Shown here one piece after another: positions 48,598-61,386 of a stretch of 64,000 nt of DNA. The translations under genes and the position numbers were made by a program. The DNA lies in assembly GCA_040285825.1 (NCBI GenBank), contig JAUPSS010000001.1, positions 1 through 64,000 on the forward strand, read 5' to 3'. Origin of the DNA: Eukaryota sp. TZLM1-RC (lineage: Eukaryota; Protista; Metamonada: BaSk clade). Numbering within the stretch: the stretch's first letter is position 1; each line of letters starts with the position of its first letter. The notes below the pieces were generated by a model. The model made no database searches. It was not told where the DNA came from and worked only from the letters and a program-made list of their open reading frames with translations.

Positions 48598-50190
48598 AAT
48601 GTTTCAACAAAGTAATTTGCTTAGATATTTCAAATGCTTTTAACACTTTAAGTCGGAATCATTTATATAAGTTGTTCTTTGATCAGTCTTCCAATTTGGT
48701 TAATTTTTTTAAATGTTCATATGGGAAACAATGAAATTTAATTATATAAAATCAGATTATTCCATCAAACACTGGTGTAAAGCAAGGTGTTCTAATTTCA
48801 TCTTTTCTATATACACTTGGTACTATTCACGTATTATCCAGGTGTCGAAGTTAAAAGTTATTTAGATGATACTTATATTCTTTGTCAAAAAAAGTCAATA
48901 TTCAGTTGTTATTAAATGAATTAGTATTAATTTTCAAGCAAATTGGTTTAAAATAAAATTTGACAAAACCGATGTGTTTTCAGTTGAAGATGAGTTCATG
49001 TGTTTGGGATCTCCAATCTGTTATACTGAGTTTGAATCCTCCTTTATAATTCAAAGAGTTCAAGAAGAATTGATTCCCAGTTTATTGTTTTTTAAATTCA
49101 TTACCACTATAAAATCAATTTTTAATATTTAGACATTGTGTTAATTCAATTTTGCTGTACTGGGCCCGAACATTTCCCTATGAATCCATTTCAATGGGTC
49201 TTCATCTTTGGGTTTCAGAATTTGTTACTTATTTTAATTTATTAGGAGTTGAAGAATCAAAAAATCTTTATTTAATCTATTTGCCACATCCTATGGGTAG
49301 ATTAGGTTTTCTTCATCTGGGTCAAGTTGCACTGATTTGATATTCAGTTCCTTTATACTTGACTGTACGCGAACTTGATTCAACCCTCGTTCATTCAAAG
49401 TGACCAGTCCAGAGTTTTACTATCACCTTTATCACCTTCGTTTGCTGTTCTTGACTTTATTTGAAACAGACGAATCAAAATTTACCGACGACAAATCACT
49501 CATTTATTTAATAAAGAAAAATGTAATCTTTTCAAGGAAAAACTATCAGAATGTGAACGACTACAACTTATTTCAAATTGTGACAGTCAATCAACTCTTT
49601 TTGAAAGTTTTGCCAATTTCTCGAAATTTCACGTTCTCAGATGATTGCTTCAAATACTTAATAAATGTGAGATTGCTTCAAGGAGAACAATTTGTGATAT
49701 GTCCTTTGTGTGGTTAAGGCGACTTGGGCGTAGATCACTTGTTTCAATGTGAAAAGGTTTCACTGATGGTTACACAGAAACACGACGACATTCAAATAAT
49801 TTTATTAACGAATTAAATAATTTTGAATCTGGGAAGGCATTTAAATTTGTTTTCAATAAACAGTTACGTGTTGATAACTTTCAAACGTCAACTAAGATTG
49901 CTTTTGATGTTACCATAGTTGGAGGTTATGGAAATAATTGGAGTGATGCGTTTTCAAAAGCTTATTCTGCTAAAATACCAAAATATTCAATTTTAAAAGA
50001 ATTACATTTTATTAACCAAATTGTTCCTCTGCTATTTAGTGTGCATGGAAGTTTTTACACTAAAACGAAAGTAATTTACGAACAATTTGGATGGAATTAG
50101 ATAGCAGACGAAATTAGTTACATCAGTTTGAAGAATAGTTTTAGGTGCCATAGTGCTACTAACTATATTCTTCACGAAAAAAATCAAATG
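48598..50190 (+). pseudogene. Decayed CRE-clade retrotransposon (family E), RT to RLE, opposite orientation
   Basis: Read by eye: ICLDISNAFN (48610-48645), GVKQG (48775), YLDD (48860), CPLCG..HLFQC..KHDD (49700-49790), FDVTIVGGY (49900-49930); many stops and frameshifts. Confidence 0.8.
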
Positions 50191-50199
50191 AAATGAAAT

Positions 50200-50510
50200 C
50201 TCAGTTTTCAACATTCAATTGAATACTTTTTGATTTTTTGAAATGAGAACATCATTGTTGCTCGGTAGTGCTATTTTAGATTTCAAATAGTTACCCCTGA
50301 ATTGTTTATTAACGTAAATCGCATCAAAAATGATACGTTTGCACTTACAGCAATGGAGCTATTGAGTTTCTAAAATTTAATTGTTTATTTCATCTGGTTC
50401 CTTTTTAAAAAAATTGAATTTTTCAAAACAATCCTCATAAAATAATTAATTGATTCAAATATGGTTAAAATCAATTAAAAATGCAATCATGAATTGCTAC
50501 AACCGTAGTT
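50200..50510 (-). repeat. Diverged remnant of repeat A / 28S tail at the array boundary
   Basis: caacattcaattgaatactttttgatttttt; gtaaatcgcatcaaaaatgatac..cacttacagcaat; tcaattaaaaatgcaatcatga all match repeat A with substitutions. Confidence 0.75.
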
Positions 50511-50621
50511 AGTTTAATAAATAACCAACATCATTGACAGAGAATTTCTTGTGTGGTCAAACCATCTACTTTATTGGAGGGAATTAATGTTTGGTTGAAA
50601 GCAATTCCTTTTTCCTCCTCG

Positions 50622-51115
50622 ATGGTATGTTTCCAACACTTCTTTAGTGACCTTAGGCCACCGTCCTCGCTCCTGACAATTTCCAACATATCCTCCGTGT
50701 CCTTAACACCAATGTTGATGGTCGCAGAAAGGTCGTTGCCGCCATAACTGCCATCAAAGGTGTTGGTCGTCGTTTTGCCACTCTTGCTTGTAAACAAGCC
50801 GATATTGATGTCACCAAGCGCGCTGGTGAGCTTACCAACGATGAAATCGACCGCATTGTTGCCGTAATTCAACACCCCCAAGACCACAAAATTCCTGTCT
50901 GGTTCCTCAATAGAAAGAAGGATCCTGTCGATGGTACCAATTCCCAGCTCTATTCTAATCTTGTTGATTCAAAGTATCGTGAAGATCTTGAGCGACTAAA
51001 GAAAATCAGAGCACACAGAGGTCTCAGACATTTCTGGCAGCTCAGAGTTAGAGGTCAGCATACCAAGACTACTGGACGTCGTGGTAGAACTGTTGGTGTC
51101 TCTAAAAAGAAGTAA
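50622..51115 (+). CDS. RPS18: 40S ribosomal protein S18 (uS13), 153 aa; intron 50625-50656
   Basis: ATG|GTATGT..TTAG|GCC gives [23 protein letters not shown]...IKGVGRRF...KRAGEL...[33 protein letters not shown]; missed by the ORF track. Confidence 0.97.
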
Positions 51116-51253
51116 TACATCACAGATTACAGTTACGTTTTATTTGTAGTTTTGACTATCATATTGTGGGTCTGTTCAATAAATTAGTTGGTTGCTTTTC
51201 TTAATCTCAAGCTTTTCATGTCAACTGCACGAGCGCATATTGTTAAAGATGAT

Positions 51254-52309
51254 TTATTTGATCAAAAGTGACAATATAAAAGGACTAATACTGGAATAAA
51301 ATTGAACAACTTCATAAATTTTCGGATGACTATTCTCAAGGGGTGGACGGTCAGTGAATCCTAAACAATTTAAGTGCAATGCCCCCATAAACAGTTCGTT
51401 GCCAAATGAATCGGGTGGTTGTCCTTCTAAAGGTACAGGTAATTGAAAACCATGAAAAGAATGGCAAAATTCAAGACTCCAACTCATACTAATGGGCCAT
51501 GTTTTGTCCTTATAAATGTTGGTTAACATCCAAAAATAATCTTGGTCACCTCTAGTAACATAGTCAGCCTTTTTTCCTATAAGGTGTTTTGGAGGAAGTC
51601 CATTAGGATACATAGTTGCAAAGGCCATGGACAGTAACTCACCCAAAAAGTCTATCGCACGAATTTCATCAAAGTTGAAAAATAGTGTTCCAGAACACTT
51701 GTACTTTACATGTGGTTCAAAACCGTTTTTAGAGTTTGAGAACTGATACGCCATAGCTAAAGCCCGTCTGTGAGACCTCAATAATGTGCGAAGATTCAGA
51801 AAGTATGGACAAGGATCTGTCGTCACAATCATATCAGTATCAAGATAAAGCCCATGGTTAATATCCCAAAACTTGTCCAACAACAACTTACTATAACCAT
51901 AAGATCCTGAATGGTGATCCAATTCAAGATGTGAAAGACTATTATTGACAAATGTTAGTTCTAATTCCTGAAACTGAAAAGAGAAAGGTTTATGTCTATG
52001 TATGTTGTGCATTTTCAACCTATTGACGTAGTCTGTCAAAAAAGTGTTAGATCCATGACCAGTTATGACATAAAAATTCAATGGACAGGTCGCATGGAGC
52101 AACAAGCTGTTAATTAACCGGGCGGTTTCATCCAGATTTTCAGAATCCACCGAACCAGAAACAAGTAAAACATTCAGTGTGTCATTATCTGCAAACAGTG
52201 GTAAGACAAGACACCATGGAAGTGTGAGGGAAATAATTAAGAATGAGTAAAGGGGGAAAAGTCTGAACACAGTTATTGATGGAAGAAACGTCTTCATAGA
52301 ACACATCAT
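51254..52309 (-). CDS. Glycosyltransferase, GT8-like (GT-A fold), type II membrane protein
   Basis: N-terminal hydrophobic anchor, LINSLL, YSKLLL, LYLDTDMIV (DxD), GDQDYF, LHLNC. Confidence 0.8.
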   Translation of the reverse strand: MMCSMKTFLPSITVFRLFPLYSFLIISLTLPWCLVLPLFADNDTLNVLLVSGSVDSENLDETARLINSLLLHATCPLNFYVITGHGSNTFLTDYVNRLKMHNIHRHKPFSFQFQELELTFVNNSLSHLELDHHSGSYGYSKLLLDKFWDINHGLYLDTDMIVTTDPCPYFLNLRTLLRSHRRALAMAYQFSNSKNGFEPHVKYKCSGTLFFNFDEIRAIDFLGELLSMAFATMYPNGLPPKHLIGKKADYVTRGDQDYFWMLTNIYKDKTWPISMSWSLEFCHSFHGFQLPVPLEGQPPDSFGNELFMGALHLNCLGFTDRPPLENSHPKIYEVVQFYSSISPFILSLLIK

Positions 52310-52436
52310 TAAGGCTAGTTACAATTGAGGAATGATGAAACTAAAAGGGTTTCTGAACCACATAAAGGCATCTTGAATTGAACAATGATAATACGTTGAA
52401 ATGAAATGCATCCCTTTTTCTTTCTTATCAGAAATT

Positions 52437-53054
52437 ATGTCCGATCTTAAGCTCTTTGGCCGCTGGGCATTTGATGAAGCTGATTTTGCAGATGTAGACA
52501 TGGCTCTTCGTGTATGATTATTTCATTCATGTTTACCGCAGGACTACATCAACTTCAAAGGAACTGGTGAGTCACCTCTTGTTTTACCTCATACTGCTGG
52601 TCGCTGGCAGGTTAGAAGATTCCGCAAGGCTCAGTGCCCTGTAGTTGAACGTCTGGTGAACTCTCTCATGATGCATGGACGTAACAATGGTAAGAAGCTC
52701 TTGGCCATGAGGATTGTTAAGCATGCTTTTGAGATCATTAACCTTTCTACTGGCAAAAACCCTCTTCAGGTACTTGTTCAGGCCATTATCAATTCTGGAC
52801 CTCGTGAAGATTCTACCCGTATTGGTACTGCTGGTACCGCTCGCCGTCAGTCAGTTGATGTTTCACCATTGAGACGTGTCAACCAAGCAATTGCTCTCAT
52901 CACCACTGGTGCTCGTGAAGCATCTTTCAGAAACATTAAAACTATTGCTGAGTGTCTTGCCGACGAAGTCATCGCTGCTGCCAAAGGATCAGCTTCTTCC
53001 TATGCTATTCGCAAGAAGGACGACATTGAACGTGTTGCTAAATCCAATCGCTAA
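52437..53054 (+). CDS. RPS5: 40S ribosomal protein S5 (uS7), 195 aa; intron 52512-52541
   Basis: [10 protein letters not shown]...; GTATGA..GCAG 30-nt intron; [52 protein letters not shown]. Confidence 0.97.
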
Positions 53055-53459
53055 TCTCAAAATGTCACATTTGCTAGTGTTCTTATAGTTTATTATTTTT
53101 TGAATTCACAAGTAGAGTGGAATTGGTGATACATAAAATGTTTCAAGAGGTAGCATAGTTTTTTACATTAAAGATACTTTATGTCAAAAATGATTGACTA
53201 TTTTGGGTTGGGCCATGTTATTGGAACAGTATCAATTCATCTCAGATCATATAGAAGTGTTGGGACTTTTCAGATAAACACTGTCCATCAACAATACCTT
53301 TCGTGCATAAATACTGCCAAACACCTCAATTCCTGAATAGTGCATGGAACACAATACATTATTGTTATTGCAGTTGTGACTTGTGATGTTGTAAGCAACA
53401 GTTTGATACAAAAAAACAGATAAACTTGGACTTAAACACAAATTTGATGTAATTCTTTC

Positions 53460-54245
53460 TATTTATTGAACTTCCACACTTAACAAAATAAACTCAGAAC
53501 TGATGGGACGAAATCCGTTGAACCAACAATTCCTCTAAAGAGTTTTGACGTACTTGCTGTCTCGCTAAAGTTTCTCTAATTGGATCAAAAGACCTAGGCA
53601 ATCTATTAGCAATGGTAAATTGAATTCGAAAGCGCCACAAAAAAGATATCAAATCTTTTCATTGTTTTTTCTTGAACCCTTGTTTGGAAATCATTCGAAA
53701 AGGTTCTTGCTTCTACTGATAGTCTTCCGTTTATCGAAAATGGGAAAGCAATAAAACCAAGTGATCTATTTCTATCATTAGCATTAGCTTCTTCGATGTA
53801 TTTGTCATATTTTCTATGTTTTTCCTTAGCTCTAAATTCAAAAGCACTTACAGGATTAAGCTTTCTTCTTTCAACCAAAGTGTCATTTGCAACATTACAG
53901 GAGACAAAGTTATCAACAGCTTCAGAGTTCTCAATCCAATCACAGTATATATCACCTCTGTCATCAAAACCGAAATTATTCAATGACAGTGTTTCTTTCA
54001 GCAGAGGCTCTTTGACACACAGGAAATTCTTGCATTTCATACCATATTAAAAAGAGTGTCTCTAACAGCATCACGTAATGAAGAACGATAAGTTATCAAT
54101 TTCGAACAATTGCGAGCATGGCGCAAAGTGAGCTGAGGTGAATTAGATCAAATACATTTTTCTTTTAATAATAATTGTTTAAGGGCAATATTCAAAAATA
54201 AACTCATTTTGGTTACAAACGCTTCATTATTAGCACAGAATCCAA
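53460..54245 (-). pseudogene. Decayed 3' fragment of a CRE-like element (family F), RLE region
   Basis: Homologous to 57665-58445; KEPLL, RGDIY, KEKHRKYD, FPFSINGRLS. Confidence 0.82.
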
Positions 54246-54470
54246 CAAGATTTGATGTATTGGAAAACAAAAAAACATACTTAGAATTGTGAATTTCTAT
54301 CAAAACGCATCTTCTACGAAAGACTTGACAACGTCAGCGGAAACAACATTTCTGACTCCCTTACACCTACAATTGTCTCGTTGTTAACTAACAATAGTAC
54401 GCTAACCACATTCGCTCTGGGCCTTTCTCCTAAGAACCAACCTAAATAGACAAAAGTTTGAATTCTTAAG

Positions 54471-54810
54471 TTACTTCAAAACTATACATTGTTCTTCAAC
54501 TTTAGCATTCACTACTGGTGATAATGTATTGAGATCAGGTTGTTGCATCGGACTCATAGGTATACCAGCACCTTCAGTACCCTTTCCAACAGTCTTTAAA
54601 CTGTCATCAGTGGGTTCAATAACTTTGTTTTGAGACTGTTGTTTCTTAAACACCTCTGATTTCTCTTTTCCATACAGAATGCCTTCAGCCAACACCAGAA
54701 TATTTGGAGCAGTATTGGTATCTCGATTCCAGAACATTTTGCATTGATTACACTGCCTCAAACCCCATGAAACTGCTTTTCCGACTTTTATAGTATCACG
54801 TAATTGTCTT
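54471..54810 (-). pseudogene. C-terminal remnant of a Fanzor/TnpB-like RuvC nuclease
   Basis: KAVSWGLRQCNQCKMFWNRDTNTAPNILVLAEGILYG matches the Fanzor CxxC..WNRD.NA..NI zinc-finger/RuvC-III signature; upstream domains absent. Confidence 0.72.
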
Positions 54811-56191
54811 GTTTATTTAGATTAGGTTTGTGACCTTGTTTTCCACTGCAAAATGAGTGGTAAATTTATTCAATTAAATTTATTTGAATAAAGGTGTTTT
54901 GTCTCAACACAAACATTATGCCTGAAGGAGGGTTCTCCTCATCCTCCGATACAAACAGTCATGACCATACTCCTTATTCTACCAAACCCCATCACAGTCC
55001 AGAAATTCGTACTATATTCTGACCCAGTCCGACCTAATTCTCATACCAGAAGCCAATTATCCCGTTGAAATTCACCTTTGAAATACCAAGGTAGTGTTCT
55101 TTCCTCTCCCAACTTATTGAAAGAACCCAATAGATACAACAAACTTCATCCAAGGGACTCGAGTCCCCTCTCTCATCTGTCAGAACTTAATTCACATCCC
55201 CCTTCTCCATATTCTCCTACATCTCAATCAGCTTCTCCACCTGCTCTCCTTTCAGCTCTATTGCCTCCAAATCCTTCTCCCCACCACCCTAAGTCCAAGT
55301 TATTTAAAAAAACCTCTATTGGCACCAAATCAACGGTCTCCTTAGCAACAGTTTCTTCACTTACATTATTTACACTATCCTCTTTTGCGTGTGTTTTTCC
55401 TCAAATATTAATAATGTTTTTTTAAACCTTTTTTTGGTACTCCTCAATTCCTTTGTTTGAAACTGTGATGTTGTTCTTTTGTTTTTCTTCTTGTATTGTA
55501 GGTTTTATTAATATAGAACATTTTTCCTATTAACAATCAATGTAAAATACTGAGCTTGCAACACTTTTCAGCCCCCGCATACGGTGTTTCTATAGATTTT
55601 GTAAATTCAGAAAACCAACAGAAAGGTTTGTTTCTGAAGTTACCTCTATGCTGGAGAAACTACAAACTCCACCAAGCTACAGTTGAAGTTCATCTTATGG
55701 ACAGTTAAACTCAATTTTGCAATATCCACTCTTTTTGTGGCTCGTTTTGTATCAAACAAACAGTCAAATTTATTGTTTAAAATCACTATGCAGTGGTTTT
55801 GCTTGTTTTTTATTCTGTCTTTTGTGATAAATTTTCTTAAATGGACTTTTTAATCAAATAGGATTATGTCATCTCAATAAAACAAACAATCAGTATTTAT
55901 TCTATCAAATAGAGAACAAGTGCATGAATAGTCACAACAAATGTGTGTGATTGAATTGTGTACTGTTGGTGTTAAATTCTACATCTCAACAACCCTAATT
56001 GACAAAATATTTTCTAGAACCACGTTTGTTGTTGAGGAGAACCATGATCCACAAAAAATCCTTTGGATAGCCACCATTAGCAGTAGCCACCTGATAGCTG
56101 TCTAGGGGCGAAAAGATTGATAAAAGATAATATTTTACAATTATGTGCACAATTCTGTGACTATAGAAGAAATTTTTCTACAAGTTTTTCT

Positions 56192-57175
56192 ATGTTGACA
56201 TATTCTTCTTACAGCATATATGCTGTAACAGGCTCTTCTAATCCTGCACTGTCTCATGCCGTTTCTTCCTATCTCAACATCCCCGTCCATCAAATTACAA
56301 GTACGTTTGCTGATAATGAGATTACTGCACAGTTCCCCGAATCCATCAGAGGCAAAGATGTCTTTATCATCAACTCGATATGCCCACCAGATGTAAATAA
56401 AAGTCTCATGGAAGTTCTCATCATGATTGATTCTGCCAAGCGAGCTTCTGCTAAGAGGGTCACTGCAATGATTCCCTATTTTGGTTACGCTCGCCAGGAT
56501 AGAAAGTCTTTGGCTAGAGTCCCTATTACTGCTAAACTAATTGTTGACTTGCTCATAGCATCAGGAGTTGATCGGGTGTGTACCCTTGAACTTCATTCGC
56601 CCCAAATTCAAGGTTTTTTCCCTGCGCGCCATCCATTAGATCTCCTTTATAGTTGCAATATCTTTGCTACTTGGGTCAACGAAAGAAAGGACTCTTTCGC
56701 CAACTTGGTCATTGTAAGTCCTGATATTGGTGGTGTTTCAAGAGCGAGAGAAGTAGCCAAGTTGCTTGACTGCTCAATCGCATTGATTGATAAGAGGAGA
56801 CCAGAACCTAATGTAGCAGAAGTAATGAATGTTATTGGTGAGGTGAAGGATAGGTGCTGTGTTTTGCTTGATGATATAGTCGATACTGCCGGCACACTAT
56901 GTAAAGCGGCCGAAGCTTTGGTTAACCAAGGGTGTGATGCTGTCTTAGCCTTGGTTTGCCATCCAGTGTTGAGTGAGTTGGCTCCTGAAAGAGTAAAGAA
57001 TTCGTCACTGACTAAGCTAGTTGTAACTAATTCGATTCCTGTTTCTCAATCAGTCATTGAACGCTCTGGTAATAAGATTGAAATAGTTTGTTGTGCAGAT
57101 CGGATTGCCAAAGCTATTGAGGTCATTCATTACGAAGCGTCCATGTCTAGTAACTTGGAAAAACATAGTATTTAA
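56192..57175 (+). CDS. prs: Ribose-phosphate pyrophosphokinase (class I PRPP synthetase), ~327 aa, intronless
   Basis: FADNEI, ESIRGKDVF, PYFGYARQDRK, VSPDIGGV.RA, DKRR, LLDDIVDTAGTL; first ATG at 56192 (the track start at 56117 is non-ATG). Confidence 0.95.
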   Translation: MLTYSSYSIYAVTGSSNPALSHAVSSYLNIPVHQITSTFADNEITAQFPESIRGKDVFIINSICPPDVNKSLMEVLIMIDSAKRASAKRVTAMIPYFGYARQDRKSLARVPITAKLIVDLLIASGVDRVCTLELHSPQIQGFFPARHPLDLLYSCNIFATWVNERKDSFANLVIVSPDIGGVSRAREVAKLLDCSIALIDKRRPEPNVAEVMNVIGEVKDRCCVLLDDIVDTAGTLCKAAEALVNQGCDAVLALVCHPVLSELAPERVKNSSLTKLVVTNSIPVSQSVIERSGNKIEIVCCADRIAKAIEVIHYEASMSSNLEKHSI

Positions 57176-57664
57176 GTTTGTATTCATTTTTTAGATTCAC
57201 TTTTGGATAACAACTTTAAATCCATTTTCAATGAAAAAGATTTTTTGACAAGTTTCTTGTGAGGACTTGATTCCTCTTTTTGTGAGCCTCAACACACAAA
57301 ATAGCGAATAATTTCACAAATATCACAAATTTAAATGTTCAAATACGCCTTGCTTTTTTAATTGTATTCGAGTACTTTTTCTCTCTCTCTCATGATGCAA
57401 CAGATTAAGTGGAAGACTTTGGATGATTCAGTACATCTGCAGTTAATCTTTATTGGTATTTACTATGTCTGGAAATCAATTTTAAATTCAATTGTAAGCT
57501 TTGATTAGAAATGCTGCTTAAACAAGCAAGTGATAGGTGATTATGAAAATGATCAAAACTGAAAATGTAGTCCAAAAGGGCACCAAATCTGTCATTTGGC
57601 AGAAATACATGTTTTTTTTTCTCAAATATATTTTTTACACAAACTTATTTTTTTATAAAATCAA

Positions 57665-59490
57665 TATTTATTGAATTTGCACACTTAATTAAATCAACTC
57701 ATAACTAATGGGGCGACTATCATTGAACCAAGATTTCCTCTACAAAATCTTGATCTGCTTGCTGTCTAGCTAAAGCTTCTCTAATTCGATTGAAAAACCG
57801 AGGTGATCTATTAATAATGGCAAATTGAATCCGTGAACGCCGTAAAAAATTATCAAATCTTTTCATTGTTTTTTCTTGAACCATTTTTTGGAAGTCATTC
57901 ACAAAAGTTTCTGCTTCTACTGATAGTCTTCCGTTTATCGAAAATGGGAAAGCAATAAAAACTAGTGGTGTATTTCTACCAGCATTGGCCTCTTCGATAT
58001 TTTTGTCATATTTGTTTTGTTTTTCTTTAGCTTTAAATTCAATAGCACTTACAGGATTAAGTTTTCTTCTGTGAAGCAAAGTGTCACTTGCAACATTACA
58101 TGAGACAAACTCAACAACAGCTTCAGAGTTATCAATCCAATCACAGTAAACATCACCTCTATCATCAGAACCAAAATTATTCAGAGAAAGTGTTTCCTTC
58201 AGCAGGGGCTCTTTGATAAACGATATTCTTGCAGTTTGTGCCATATTGAAAACAGTGTCTCCAACAGCATCATGTAATGAAGAACGATAAGTTATCAATT
58301 TAGAGCAATTCAGAGCATGGCGCAAAGCGAGTTGAGGTGAATTCGAACAAATACATTGTTCTATTGATATCAATTGATTAATGGGAATATTCAAATATAA
58401 CCTCATTTTTGTTACAAATCCTTCATTAGTGGCACACAATCCAAATCTTCGTGGTACAATGGTTACGAAAAGTGAAGAATCTGATGACTGGTTTTCACAA
58501 ACACCCTGTTCCAATAACAACGAATGAAGATCTTGATTTAAAACAGCCGAGCTGCATATTTTAATATAAAGATCTTTTTCATACATTCCAGTCAATTGTT
58601 TCTGTAATGTTCGAAGAGTGTACTTCAAATTTAAAACATCTTTTTCCGGAATAATGCCATTGAATGATTGGGGAAAACATCGGCCCCATTTTTCTACATC
58701 AATTTTTGAAATTTCTTCATTTAATGCAAAAACAGTGGAACTTTGTGTTGTCATCAATAAATCTTCCCAATCTGCAAATGTTTCGGAAAACTCAAAGATT
58801 GGATTTCTACATCCTCCAACAAAAGCACACGAGGTAAGAATAGAAGCCTTCGTCCACCCTAAACCGCCATAATGTGGACTAAGGTAAGCATGATCTGGAA
58901 TTTGGAACATTTTACATCCCAGTAATTGAGACAGAACTTTTGCACGTAATTCATTAAACTTCTGAGCCAAAGGTCTAGTTACGAGAGGATCTGTAGATCG
59001 AAATATATGATTAAAATTGGAACTAAAACACAGTCTTATAATGGTAAATTTGATGTGTTTTTGTATACCTAAATTTATAACTTGGTCAATTTTGTTCAGA
59101 AATTGAGTTCAACTTTTCAAACAATTTTTTGGTAATTTGATCATTATTTCCTAAAAACGAACCCAAATGACGAATAGCATCAATTGAATATAATTTGGCT
59201 TGAATTTCAATATCATCAACTATTGTGGAAACTGGAGAATTCGATAACAAAACACATTTAAGTAAATTAAGTCGGAGACCAATTTTGGTAAATAATTCTT
59301 TAAAACATACAGTTGCTTGTTTCACAATATTTAATTCACCAATTAGCACAACATCATCCATATATGCAATCATTTTTAGCGAAGAAAACATCTCTTGAAT
59401 TTGCAGTAAAATAGGATGAATGGCCAAACAAAACAAAAGAGGTCCTAACGGATCTCCTTGCTTTACACCACTGGATGAACTCAAAATGCT
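57665..59490 (-). mobile_element. 5'-truncated CRE-like element (family F), RT C-terminal half plus RLE
   Basis: GVKQGDPLGPLLFC, AYMDD, GGLG, CIC..HALNC, LHD, RGDV, KEKQNKY; frameshift near 59085. Confidence 0.88.
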
Positions 59491-61386
59491 ATCACAAATT
59501 TATCCAATACAACATGAACTTTGCTTCACTTTTATTACTGAAATAAGTACAACAAGGGTAAACGACAACACATCTAGTCAGTATCTTCATCCTGGTCAGA
59601 GATTTCCTTTTTATCAGTAGATCGGTCTGCAAGTTCTATCCAGTCCACAGTGTAAATATAATGAAATAAACGTTTAAAAAATAAAAATAAATAAATAAAA
59701 AATAAAATAAAAATAATTAAAGCACAATTCAAAAATCCTGGAATGTAGCACCCAATTGATTAACTAGATCAAAAGAAGTAAGGGAAGAATAGAAAGGTAA
59801 CAGAAATGCAGTATTACGTCCGTGTATACCTGGCTTTAAAAGAATTTGTATGACGTAATGCTGCTGAAAAGTCGCAATTTCTCAATATTTACCAAGAAAC
59901 AACCGAATAGGGTGGTGAAATTTTTTGAACAAAATAAAAGGATATTCAACATATTTCTATATTTATTTCCAGAAACAGGGCATTGGTGATTTCAGAAAGA
60001 ATTGAAAATCTACCAGAAGAATTACAACAATCAAAAAACAATAGTATTTTGAATAAGGAACATCCGAATCGCATTTGGTCAAATCTAATTACTGATGTTG
60101 AGTCTATTCTTCCTACATTTTGTCAAATTTACCAGAAAAAAAATCGTTGGCGAAAATATCATCACTATTGAAGAGTTCAAAATCAAGAAGTACATGCCTC
60201 CTTTAACGGATTCAAAATATTATACTAGAAAATTATCAATGTTTAAGTGTTCTTCCTCCACATCAATTTATGACAGACTTGCTGAAATATTACTGAATTT
60301 TCTTGAATGATCTTGGAAAATTAATGGAAAAGGGATGATTAAAGCATTTTAACATTCGGTATGGTTAAATTTAATTGTTTTCACCATTTTGAAACAATTC
60401 AAACTATGGTTTCCACAGCATTTTTGTTGTTGTCTGTAGCTGTGTTACACGACAATAGAGGTTAGTTTTGATGGTGTTAATGATTGTTTTGAACTTCAAA
60501 AGTTAAAGTTATGGTTTTTTGTTTTCAACTAGGTGTGGTTCTCACTTTGGTTGCATCTATATTGGTGAAATTATTTCTTTCACCAACTGTTTCTTTCACC
60601 AACTCAATTAACTATATTTTTGTCTTAGATGGGTCTTACATTTCAAATTTCAGCATTATGTTTGAGTAACAGGACTCAATTTCAAACCATAAACAATTCA
60701 AGTAGAAAATGTATACGTTTAGTCTATTTTTTAGATGTGGTTGAATCAATTGTCCTTTATTTACAATTTTATTCAAGACAATAATTTGAAATTATCGAAG
60801 CAGCTGAAGCGTGAAGCTGGTATGTACCAGTCAGATCCTAGAATTATTAACATTACTGTGTTAATTTTGAAAGATGAGTATTAGATTCTATTCATTGAAC
60901 AGGTAAATCTTCCTCAATCTTCACCTTACTTATAAAATCCTCCTTCACCACACCACGTCTTTCACCAACACTATACTTTTTACCAACACTTGAACGAACA
61001 CTATAATAAAACATGAATCCATTATATTTTATTTTGGGTTATTAGTTATGTAGCGAGTATTAGTATTTTTAGTTACAATTTAAATCATCTATGATACTAC
61101 CGTCACTAATATTATATTATAATATTATATACATATTTTTCACTAGTATTTACACAAATTATCATCATCCACGCTCATTCAAAACAGTGAAAGTTCAGAA
61201 ATAGGTTATTAATCAAAAAATATTTTTTTCTCAAGAGTCCGAACCTGAATTCAAGTGGATAGGTTTCACTCATAGCAGCGTGGATGCCTTCAGATTTATC
61301 ATCGTATCATGTTACATTTGCTGATGACGTCTTCCGTGACTATGGAAGTTGAGTTGTGGGTGTAGGGGGTATGGTTTCTAATGATC

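Noticed and set aside
50531-50887. Minus-strand 118-aa and 67-aa ORFs
   Set aside because: Antisense shadows of RPS18
54900-55430. Ser/Pro-rich 115-aa ORF
   Set aside because: Low complexity, interrupted upstream, no recognisable domain
59940-60310. Two short overlapping ORFs
   Set aside because: Possibly a decayed gene, but nothing identifiable
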